Assembly: GCA_965230905.1 (NCBI GenBank)
Contig: OZ246396.1
Coordinates: 930,001-962,000, forward strand
From: Candidatus Saccharimonadota bacterium
GTDB taxonomy: Bacteria > Patescibacteriota > Gracilibacteria > UBA1369 > 2-02-FULL-48-14
Direction of reading: 5' to 3'
DNA: 32,000 nucleotides
Positions 8,445-15,621 of this stretch are shown in pieces. A program made the translations under genes and the position numbers. Numbering within the stretch: the first letter of the stretch is position 1; every line of letters begins with the position of its first letter. Under the pieces are notes generated by a model, which was not told the DNA's origin, ran no database searches, and saw only the letters and a list, made by a program, of their open reading frames with translations.

Positions 8445-8750
8445 TTAGTTGTTATTAGGAGAGTTAGCGTCCAAGAGTTCTTGGAGTTTTGCTTCGAACT
8501 GCCTTGGCCGCATTTTATTCTCTACTTTTCCGTCATTCATGATGAGGGTGAGCGGAGAGTTTTGCTGCATGAAAAGCACATTCGGACCGAGCTCACAGTG
8601 ACTCAGGCACCCTGTTTTTTCAAGCCGAAATTTCCCATCTGGAGTGCTTTCACCTGCCTTGATGCCCAGCATTTTTTCCGCCTTCTCCACGGTATCGAAA
8701 CTGAAGTTCAGCGTACAGGTTCCTCCGCAACAGACTTTGATGATTTGCAT
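8445..8750 (-). CDS. Thioredoxin-like [2Fe-2S] ferredoxin (NuoE/HndA type)
   Basis: 101 aa. Cys spacing counted directly is C7-x4-C12-x35-C48-x3-C52, which is the NuoE-type Cx4Cx35Cx3C pattern. Its start overlaps the upstream stop by 1 nt (TAATG), and its stop lies 1 nt from the trxB start. Confidence 0.8.
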   Translation of the reverse strand: MQIIKVCCGGTCTLNFSFDTVEKAEKMLGIKAGESTPDGKFRLEKTGCLSHCELGPNVLFMQQNSPLTLIMNDGKVENKMRPRQFEAKLQELLDANSPNNN

Positions 8751-10783
8751 TAAACGGGTTGTTGTTCAGAATCCTCCATGTGAGTCATTTCCATATCTAT
8801 GATGCGGGTTCCAATGGCTTTTTTAATGTTGGTGGAATTGCGGAGCAATTGTAGATTGCCGTCGCCCAGTTTCATGTGTTTTTTACCCATTTTATTGATG
8901 GCCAGCAGCACCAGTCGCATGAGTTCTTGGCCAGACAATTTCTCGATCATTTCCAAAGGATCTTGGGCCATCTTTCCTTCGCCGTCTTTTACTTTTACGT
9001 GTTCACCGTAGCGCGCACGTTTGAGTTTTTCAGTGTTCATGGTGCCTCCGTTCTTAAGGTCTTGAGCGCTCACCGTTTCGGCGCGGCGCACGGTTCCGCC
9101 GGAAGTGAATACGTAGTCTTCGTCGTAGGCTTCGTTGGCGGCTTGAATGAAGCGGAACTTGCTGCGTTCTCGTTCGGTCGACACGTCGCTTTCGTGTTTA
9201 ACATTCTCATCTACACGAGTCCAAAATTTGAGGTCGCGGAGGTAGTGTTGCTCCTGGCTTTCTCCATAGGTTTTTGCTTTCTCGGCAGCCCCAAAGATTT
9301 TATCGTGAGTCTTTCTTTGGAAATCCACGGCTATCAATTGGCCTTCTTGGCCCAACTCCTCCAGCACATCTTCCATCATGTCCTCGCCCTCTTCGCTTTC
9401 GATTTGTTCACTGGTGTCTTGAATGCCTTCGGAATCCAAATGGTCTACGTTGGATGTATCGAAAGGATGGGTTTGTTCACGGTGCTGTTGTTCCCAGGCA
9501 TCGGCCACAAAAGCTTCGCGGTCCAAGGCGTGGGCGCGCAGGAATACCTCGTCTTTGCGGAGATAAGAGGGAAGGGCTAAGTAGTTGCGGACCACCGCAG
9601 CGCGTTCCTCGATTTCCTCTTTGAGTACGACTAGTTTAGCCTTTTGGGTTTCAAGATCGTTGAGTTTGAACTTTTGAATATTACGCGTGGTCTCGAAGGG
9701 CTGGTACAGATCGATGTTGGAGACACGGGCCGTATAAAGGGTGGCCATGTATTCCGCGGTGTGCACATTGTTGTTGCGCACCAGTTGCTCCATCTCTGGG
9801 AGGAATTTTTCCAACTCATGACGGCGCATGTCGTTGGTTTTTTCCAGCAACTTTTTCTTTTGTTCGGGTGAACAGTTTTTAAGGATGCCGTCGCGCTTAG
9901 TGAAGAGTTTTTTGCGTTCTTTGATGAGGCTGGGCAGCTTTTTGGCGGCAGCGTCCATCTCGGCAAAATTTTCGCGCTCGTCAAACCATTCCATGAACTC
10001 CTGATCGGTGTCGGCACCGAAATACTGCTTGTTGTCCGCCAGCATTTTTTGATAAGCATCGGCGCGAACTTTGTAGCCAGTCATCACTTCTTTCTTTATT
10101 TCAGCAGTGCTTTTCCCGGCTTGTGCGCTCTTTTGTATCTTTTTATACTCGTATTGCACGGCCGAAGGCGCCTCTTCTACTTCTTCGAGTCCCTTTAAAA
10201 TATTTTCGAGTAGTTTTTCTTTGCTGCCAATCAATGGTAAAGATCCCAAGCGGCGGAAGTATTCCGATTGAATGAATTTGCTTTGTTTTTTGAGTTTCTT
10301 TCGGAAGGCAATTTTCAAAGCCATATTCTCATCCAGATCGTTCAAGGTTGAGATCATGCTGGTTTCGCCATGGAGCTCCAAGCTGGAGAACCATGAGGTC
10401 AGGCCGTCTAGCTCCTGATTGATGAGGGCTTCTTCGCGCACGTCCAGCGGTTCGAAGGCACCGCTCTTTTTCATTTGGAGTTTGTACCATTCAGTCCCAG
10501 CTTTTTTGAACTTGCGCTCCATCTCCATGAGTTCGCTCTTTTTGGTGCACTTTTGAAGTTTGTTGATGTGGTTCTCTTCATTGATGCCACTTTGACTCTG
10601 GAATTCTCTGAGTGCTTTGATTAGGTCTTTTTGTTTTTCTTTATCCTCGTCTCTTAAATCTCGAATTCCACCCCAACCACTTTCACCGTTGCTTTCCATC
10701 TCTCGAAGTTGGGGTTTCTTAAGATTCGGACTTTCGTCGTCATCCAATTCTTCTCCGTATTTTTTGAGACCTAGGGCGCCCAT
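8750..10783 (-). CDS. Large hypothetical protein, E/K-rich and predicted helical, with no TM segment or signal peptide
   Basis: 677-aa uninterrupted ORF, first gene of the chain 677aa-fdx-trxB. No catalytic or binding motif recognised. AQAGKST is not a proper Walker A. Confidence 0.7.
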   Translation of the reverse strand: MGALGLKKYGEELDDDESPNLKKPQLREMESNGESGWGGIRDLRDEDKEKQKDLIKALREFQSQSGINEENHINKLQKCTKKSELMEMERKFKKAGTEWYKLQMKKSGAFEPLDVREEALINQELDGLTSWFSSLELHGETSMISTLNDLDENMALKIAFRKKLKKQSKFIQSEYFRRLGSLPLIGSKEKLLENILKGLEEVEEAPSAVQYEYKKIQKSAQAGKSTAEIKKEVMTGYKVRADAYQKMLADNKQYFGADTDQEFMEWFDERENFAEMDAAAKKLPSLIKERKKLFTKRDGILKNCSPEQKKKLLEKTNDMRRHELEKFLPEMEQLVRNNNVHTAEYMATLYTARVSNIDLYQPFETTRNIQKFKLNDLETQKAKLVVLKEEIEERAAVVRNYLALPSYLRKDEVFLRAHALDREAFVADAWEQQHREQTHPFDTSNVDHLDSEGIQDTSEQIESEEGEDMMEDVLEELGQEGQLIAVDFQRKTHDKIFGAAEKAKTYGESQEQHYLRDLKFWTRVDENVKHESDVSTERERSKFRFIQAANEAYDEDYVFTSGGTVRRAETVSAQDLKNGGTMNTEKLKRARYGEHVKVKDGEGKMAQDPLEMIEKLSGQELMRLVLLAINKMGKKHMKLGDGNLQLLRNSTNIKKAIGTRIIDMEMTHMEDSEQQPV

Positions 10784-10825
10784 TTCTGTGGGTTAAGAAG
10801 GTACCGACATCGTAGCGATTTTTCT

Positions 10826-12484
10826 CTAAATTGCAAGCGTGGCTTTTTTGTTTTGTAGTCGCTTATGGATTTCGTAAATTCCCCATCCTCCCGCCAAGCC
10901 AATCGTTCCTAAAATTCCCCAGGGGAAAGCCTTTTTGGATTCTTTGGCGGCGGACTCGAGGAGCTCGCTGTGCATGATTTCAAAGAGGCCATTTTGGGCG
11001 GCGGCTTGAACGAGCAGGGTGTTGCCGGGTTCGTAGAGGAGAGGGTCGACGCTTTGGGCAGCTGCGGTTTTGAAAGACCAGGTGCTGACGCCATCAAAGA
11101 GGGTGAGCACGGAGCCGTCGAATTCCATCACGTCGCCTTTTATTTGTTTCCAGATCGGATTCAAAGCTCCAGGACTGGGGGTAACCCACTGCCATGTGGA
11201 AAACCCTTGGTTTCCCAGTCCTGAAGTTGAGGCTTGTTCGCTGTGCACTTCTTCGATCTGAATTTCTGCGTAAGATTCATCTTCTTCGCTGCTTTCGTAA
11301 GTGATTTCGGAGCTGACTTCACCGGTGGGGTCGCTGAGACGCACGGTTTCGTTGCTGTTGTTGAGGGCGATGCCGGTTTCGGTTCTATAAAGAATCAGGG
11401 TTTGGCCGGGCGCTAGCACGGTGGTGTCGGGGAAAGTGAAAGGGTCGGAGCCGCCTTCGCCATCGTCCAGAGTCCAGTTGCCCAGGTTCACGGCGACGCT
11501 GCCGCCATTGGTGATTTCAATCCACTCTTCTTCGTTGTCGGGGCCAGCGGGGTTGGGGAATACTTCAGTCACGGCTACTTCATCGGAGAGGTCGCCGTCT
11601 TTATAGGTGGAGGCATCGTCGGCTTCTGGTTCTTCTTCGGCCGCTTCGCCTGCCCAAGTATTTTCACTCCCGGGAGTGGATTCTTCGGTCCAATCGTAAA
11701 AATCGGTGAACCAGGCGTAGCTGAGGCCTTCGCTGGAGCCGTCATAAGGAATGTCCCAAAGGATTTCGGCGTTCACGCCCATCAGGCGAAGGTGATCGGA
11801 ATCGTTGTTGAGGGTGAGTTTGCTTTCTGTCACGGGAATTAGCAGATAGGATTCCGCAGCCAAGGTTCCGCTGAGCGCATAAGGTTTGCTGCCGCCTTCG
11901 CTGTCGTCTAAGGAAAGTCCGGCGAGGGGCAGGTCTTCGCCGTAAGGATTGTAAAGTTCGATCCATTCATCGGTGCTGTCGGAGCCTTCGGGGTTTGGTA
12001 AAGCTTCTGAGAAAATGGGCCACTTGGCTGGTGTGGTGGTGGGGCTTACGACGGGCGGTGTTGTGGAGGCCGTTGGAGTGCTGGCGGTCGCGCTGGTTTC
12101 TGCGGCCGGTGCGTCCTTCGTCAAGATTTCACCCTTCTTACTAGTGGTGTATGCAAAGGTAGCCACGGTTTCGCCGCTCAGGGTTTTGAGTACAACGGTT
12201 TCATTGCTGTTGTTGAGTTGAAAAGGGAAGCCGGTGATTTCCGTCGTTTCTTCTAAAGTGCCGGAAAGGGCCCAGGGTTTGCCGGTGGCGTCCTCGAGCG
12301 TATATAAAGAAAGGTCCACGGGGTCTTTGCCGCTGTTGGTCAGCTCAATCCATTCCGCCTCCCCGCTGTTGGGGTTGGGGTAGAGCGCGGAAATTTCTAA
12401 ATCGAGGCTGGCTTCTTCGTGCTCTTCGCAAGCCAGCGCTGGCGTGGGCAGTAAAAGGGCGAGTAAAAGGAAAAGTTTTTTCAT
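10826..12484 (-). CDS. Secreted, C-terminally anchored protein with three lamin-tail (LTD) domains
   Basis: 552 aa. Signal peptide MKKLFLLLALLLPTPALA|CEE. Three LTD repeats begin ISALYPNPNSGEAEWIELTN, FSEALPNPEGSDSTDEWIELYN and VTEVFPNPAGPDNEEEWIEITN. A Thr/Pro-rich linker is present. C-terminal TM segment AFPWGILGTIGLAGGWGIYEI is followed by HKRLQNKK. Confidence 0.85.
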   Translation of the reverse strand: MKKLFLLLALLLPTPALACEEHEEASLDLEISALYPNPNSGEAEWIELTNSGKDPVDLSLYTLEDATGKPWALSGTLEETTEITGFPFQLNNSNETVVLKTLSGETVATFAYTTSKKGEILTKDAPAAETSATASTPTASTTPPVVSPTTTPAKWPIFSEALPNPEGSDSTDEWIELYNPYGEDLPLAGLSLDDSEGGSKPYALSGTLAAESYLLIPVTESKLTLNNDSDHLRLMGVNAEILWDIPYDGSSEGLSYAWFTDFYDWTEESTPGSENTWAGEAAEEEPEADDASTYKDGDLSDEVAVTEVFPNPAGPDNEEEWIEITNGGSVAVNLGNWTLDDGEGGSDPFTFPDTTVLAPGQTLILYRTETGIALNNSNETVRLSDPTGEVSSEITYESSEEDESYAEIQIEEVHSEQASTSGLGNQGFSTWQWVTPSPGALNPIWKQIKGDVMEFDGSVLTLFDGVSTWSFKTAAAQSVDPLLYEPGNTLLVQAAAQNGLFEIMHSELLESAAKESKKAFPWGILGTIGLAGGWGIYEIHKRLQNKKATLAI

Positions 12485-12532
12485 GCGATGGGGTTAGGTG
12501 AATCGAGACTACGCCCCCGACCTTTATAAAAT

Positions 12533-12565
12533 CCTGAAATTTTCCTGAAATATTTCTGAAATTTT
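12533..12565. repeat. Three tandem 11-bp AT-rich repeats (CCTGAAATTTT / CCTGAAATATT / TCTGAAATTTT)
   Basis: The CTGAAAT cores start at 12534, 12545 and 12556, an exact 11-bp period. They lie in the divergent gap between the LTD gene and rny. Confidence 0.8.
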
Positions 12566-12589
12566 TATGACAAAACGGAAAAATCTCGT

Positions 12590-12598
12590 TGTGCAAAA
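12590..12598 (-). promoter_or_regulatory. DnaA-box-like 9-mer (TTTTGCACA on the minus strand)
   Basis: TTGTGCAAAA (12589-12598) is the exact reverse complement of the TTTTGCACAA 10-mer repeated twice upstream of dnaA. It fits the relaxed DnaA-box consensus TTWTNCACA. Confidence 0.35.
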
Positions 12599-12763
12599 GT
12601 GCAGAACTTGTGTACAGTGCGCTTAGTTCTTTATATCTCAAATCCGGACTACCCAACTCCTCGTAAACTAATGAAAAACAAGACAAAAGAAACGTTTTAC
12701 AGGTTGAAAATTTGGCTTCGCAGCTGGAGTTTTGGACATTCCGGGGTTTAATCCCCTCGTTTT

Positions 12764-14293
12764 ATGGACACCGCCATTTCAATACTACTTCTTCTGCTCG
12801 GACTCGGGGGCGGAGGAGCGGTTGGTTATATTGTTAGAACCCGTCAGATTCAAGGTGAAGATCTCAAGAAGCGTAAGGAGATGGATCGCGCGCTTCAAGA
12901 TGCCCAGAATCAGGCCAACTCTTTAGTGATGAAGGCGAAAAATGAGGCCCTCAAGGAACGTGAAGAAGCGCAAAAAGAAGAACGTATCAAGCGCAAGAAA
13001 CTCGAAGAAAATGAAACGCGTCTTCTCAAGAAAGAAGAGCAGCTCGATGGAAAGGTGGAGGAGCTGGATAAGCAAAAAGCTCAGTTTGAACAGAAAGGCG
13101 AGGCGCTTAAAAAGGAGCGTGAACGGGCGCAGGAGCTCGTGGCTGAACAGGAGAAAAAGCTAAATGAAGTGGCGAATTTGACCCACGAACAGGCCAAGAC
13201 TTTACTCCTTAAACAGATTGAGGAGGAATTTAAGGATGACCTCTTTAAGCACGCCAAGCACTTGGAGGCTGAGATGAAACAAGGTGTGGAAGAAAAGGCG
13301 AAGCAAATTTTGGCCGATGCCATTCAGCGCTATGCTTCTGAAACCACGGTGGAAACCACCACTACTTCGGTGCCTTTGGCATCTGACGAACTTAAAGGAA
13401 GGATTATTGGACGTGAAGGACGAAACATCAATGCTTTTGAATCTGTTACGGGTGTGGACGTGATTGTGGACGATACTCCTGGTTCTATTGTGATCAGCGG
13501 CTTCGATCCGATTCGTCGTTACATGGCTAAGATCACGCTCGAACGTTTGGTGGAAGACGGACGTATTCACCCAGCGCGAATCGAGGAAATGTATTCTAAG
13601 GTGAAGGAAGAAGTGAACGGACTCATTAAAGAACTCGGCGAAAAGGCCGCGTTTGAGGTGGGTGTGGCGGCTTTGCCGCCGAACCTTTTGAAGATTTTGG
13701 GGCGTCTCAAGTTCCGAATCGCCTACGGCCAGAACGTGCTCAAGCACTCTATGGAAGTGGCTTTCTTGGCGGCGGAACTTGCTGGCATGATGGGAGCAAA
13801 CATCGACCTTTGTAAGAAGGCCGGACTTTTGCACGACATTGGAAAGGCGGTGGATCATGAAGTTCAGGGGAAACACGCGTTCATTGGACGCGATATTCTG
13901 AAGAAATTCGGAATATCGGACGAGGTGCTGCACTGTGTGGAAGCCAACGAAGGTGATGTGGAAGCCTTGAGCGTGGAAGCCAAGATCATTCAAGTGGCTA
14001 ACCTCATTTCTGTGGCTCGACCGGGTGCTAATAAAGAAAACCTGGAAACCTACGTGAAGCGTCTCATGGAAATTGAGAAACTCGCGACGGACTTTGCCGG
14101 CGTTCAAAAAGCCTTTGCCGTTCAGGCGGGCCGCGAACTTCGCGTCTTTGTTAGCCCAGACGAAGTGGATGACCTTCAAGCGCTCAAGATGTCACACGAG
14201 GTGGCACGCAAGATCGAGAAAGACCTCCAATACTCTGGAAAAATCAAAGTAGAGGTCATTCGCGAAAAGCGCGTAGAGGCGTTTGCTGGGTAG
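12764..14293 (+). CDS. rny: Ribonuclease Y
   Basis: 509 aa with an N-terminal TM helix, a long E/K coiled coil, a KH domain (GRIIGREGRNI) and an HD domain (LLHDIGKAVDHE). Confidence 0.95.
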   Translation: MDTAISILLLLLGLGGGGAVGYIVRTRQIQGEDLKKRKEMDRALQDAQNQANSLVMKAKNEALKEREEAQKEERIKRKKLEENETRLLKKEEQLDGKVEELDKQKAQFEQKGEALKKERERAQELVAEQEKKLNEVANLTHEQAKTLLLKQIEEEFKDDLFKHAKHLEAEMKQGVEEKAKQILADAIQRYASETTVETTTTSVPLASDELKGRIIGREGRNINAFESVTGVDVIVDDTPGSIVISGFDPIRRYMAKITLERLVEDGRIHPARIEEMYSKVKEEVNGLIKELGEKAAFEVGVAALPPNLLKILGRLKFRIAYGQNVLKHSMEVAFLAAELAGMMGANIDLCKKAGLLHDIGKAVDHEVQGKHAFIGRDILKKFGISDEVLHCVEANEGDVEALSVEAKIIQVANLISVARPGANKENLETYVKRLMEIEKLATDFAGVQKAFAVQAGRELRVFVSPDEVDDLQALKMSHEVARKIEKDLQYSGKIKVEVIREKRVEAFAG

Positions 14294-14377
14294 GCGGACC
14301 CGAAGGGTATGCGAGCAGAGGCGAGTGCCTACGGCTTAAGCAATAACGTGACGCAAGTCACATCAACTCTATAACTT

Positions 14378-14770
14378 ATGGACTTAGATCGAGTTAAACA
14401 ACGGTATTCTCACTTCCAACAAGCATTGGCTCGTTTGGAAGAGGCTGTGGCCATGAAGCCCAAGGATCGTTTGGCTTTGGATGGCCTCATACAGCGCTTT
14501 GAATTTTCCTTTGAACTGGGTTGGAAAGTTCTCAAAGATTGGCTGAATTATAAAGGTTTTGAAGTGAGCGCCCCTAGGGATGTTATCCAAAAAGCTTATC
14601 AAGAATCTTTTATAGATGATTTTGAAGGCTGGCTCAAAATGCTCGAACTTAGAAATGTGAGTGCTCATGAATACAGTTTAGAAAAAGCAGATGGATTGAT
14701 TGAGCTCATACAAGAGAGATTCAGTCTTCTTTTGAGGGGCTTAAAAGACACTTTAGATAAGCATATTTAA
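14378..14770 (+). CDS. HEPN-domain protein, HI0074-family nucleotidyltransferase substrate-binding subunit (putative toxin)
   Basis: 130 aa. FELGWKVLKDWL and the RNVSAHEY Rx4H HEPN motif are present. Its stop overlaps the next gene's start by 1 nt (TAATG). Confidence 0.85.
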   Translation: MDLDRVKQRYSHFQQALARLEEAVAMKPKDRLALDGLIQRFEFSFELGWKVLKDWLNYKGFEVSAPRDVIQKAYQESFIDDFEGWLKMLELRNVSAHEYSLEKADGLIELIQERFSLLLRGLKDTLDKHI

Positions 14771-15081
14771 TGGATAAATTTGGACTCACCTCCGACCAGA
14801 TTTCCCAAATTCAACAGGTTTTTTCGCGCTTTCCCAAAATCAAAAAAGTATCGATTTTTGGATCTCGTGCCCGTGGCGATTTCAAGCGTAGTTCAGATAT
14901 TGACCTCGCCTACGAGGCGGATGATTTTTCGCTGGATGAGGAGCTGGGAGTTCGAGCGGCTTTGAGTGCTTTACCACTGCCTTATAGAATTGACTTGGTT
15001 GGAGTAGATACCATTGAAGAGGAGGCTTTTTTGAAGAAAGTGATGGAGGAGAGGGTTGAGTTTGTAGGTCAAGAAAATTAG
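14770..15081 (+). CDS. Minimal nucleotidyltransferase (MNT) domain protein (putative antitoxin)
   Basis: 103 aa. IFGSRARGDFKRSSDIDLAY matches the GS-x(n)-DxD pol-beta-type NTase signature. Confidence 0.85.
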   Translation: MDKFGLTSDQISQIQQVFSRFPKIKKVSIFGSRARGDFKRSSDIDLAYEADDFSLDEELGVRAALSALPLPYRIDLVGVDTIEEEAFLKKVMEERVEFVGQEN

Positions 15082-15257
15082 CGTTTGTTGGGTAAAAGTG
15101 AGTTGTCTCCCTGAGAATCTGCGGGCACATCATCGATGGAGGTCGTTTACTCTCTGGTGAAATGAACCAGGAAAGAACAGACGGTGGAACTTTCCTACGT
15201 GGCGAGGGCTTTCTTGCTCGCATTCAAAAAGCGATGGAAGGATTGGATCAGTAAGTC

Positions 15258-15285
15258 TTGACTTAAAACTTGTCACAGCTAAAAT
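15258..15285 (+). promoter_or_regulatory. Sigma70-type promoter of groESL (TTGACT-N16-TAAAAT)
   Basis: TTGACT at 15258-15263 and TAAAAT at 15280-15285. The CIRCE operator starts at the last base of the -10 element. Confidence 0.55.
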
Positions 15286-15311
15286 TAGCACTGCCAAAAC
15301 TGGAGTGCTAA
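15285..15311 (+). promoter_or_regulatory. CIRCE operator (HrcA binding site)
   Basis: TTAGCACTG-N9-GAGTGCTAA against the consensus TTAGCACTC-N9-GAGTGCTAA (one mismatch). It ends 24 nt upstream of the groES ATG. Confidence 0.85.
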
Positions 15312-15334
15312 TTTAGTATCTAATCAAACTGTTT

Positions 15335-15610
15335 ATGTCCAAATTACAACCGCTTGCGGGTTACGTGGTGGTGAAGCGCGAAGAAGAAGCTTCCCAAACG
15401 TCATCTGGAATTTATTTAACCGACTCGGCCAAAGAAAAACCTCAACGTGGGGAAATCATGGCGGTGGGTGCTGGTAAAGAAGGAAAGGAGTCTCAGGTTA
15501 AAGTAGGGCAAAAAGTGCTGTTCAAAAAGTACGGACCAACGGAAGTGGAAATGGACGGACATGAAATGCTGCTCCTTGAAGAAGAAGACATTCTTGCAAT
15601 CATTCAATAA
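15335..15610 (+). CDS. groES: Co-chaperonin GroES
   Basis: 91 aa. LQPLAGYVVVKREEE...SGIYLTDSAKEKPQRGEIMAVG. Immediately upstream of groEL. Confidence 0.95.
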   Translation: MSKLQPLAGYVVVKREEEASQTSSGIYLTDSAKEKPQRGEIMAVGAGKEGKESQVKVGQKVLFKKYGPTEVEMDGHEMLLLEEEDILAIIQ

Positions 15611-15621
15611 CTTAAAATTTT

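Noticed and set aside
12533-12565. Tandem 11-bp repeats considered as a mini CRISPR or satellite array
   Set aside because: There are only three units with no spacers, which is far too short for CRISPR. They are kept as an AT-rich repeat or possible DUE element instead.
12739-12757. Hairpin CCGGGGTTTAATCCCCTCG resembling a tRNA T-arm, just upstream of rny
   Set aside because: No acceptor-stem complement, D-arm or anticodon arm can be built from the flanking 60-70 nt, and the loop is 6 nt rather than TTCRANY. It is more likely 5'-UTR structure next to the rny start.
15082-15257. 176-nt unannotated spacer between the MNT gene and the groESL promoter. I considered an SRP/4.5S-like or other ncRNA (UGAACCAGGAAAGAACAG loosely resembles SRP helix 8) and a 30-codon ORF (MNQERTDGGTFLRGEGFLARIQKAMEGLDQ).
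   Set aside because: The GGAA tetraloop context and symmetric-loop motifs of SRP RNA are absent. I could only draw 4-5 bp helices. The small ORF has no supporting evidence. A covariance-model scan (Rfam) would be needed to revive this.
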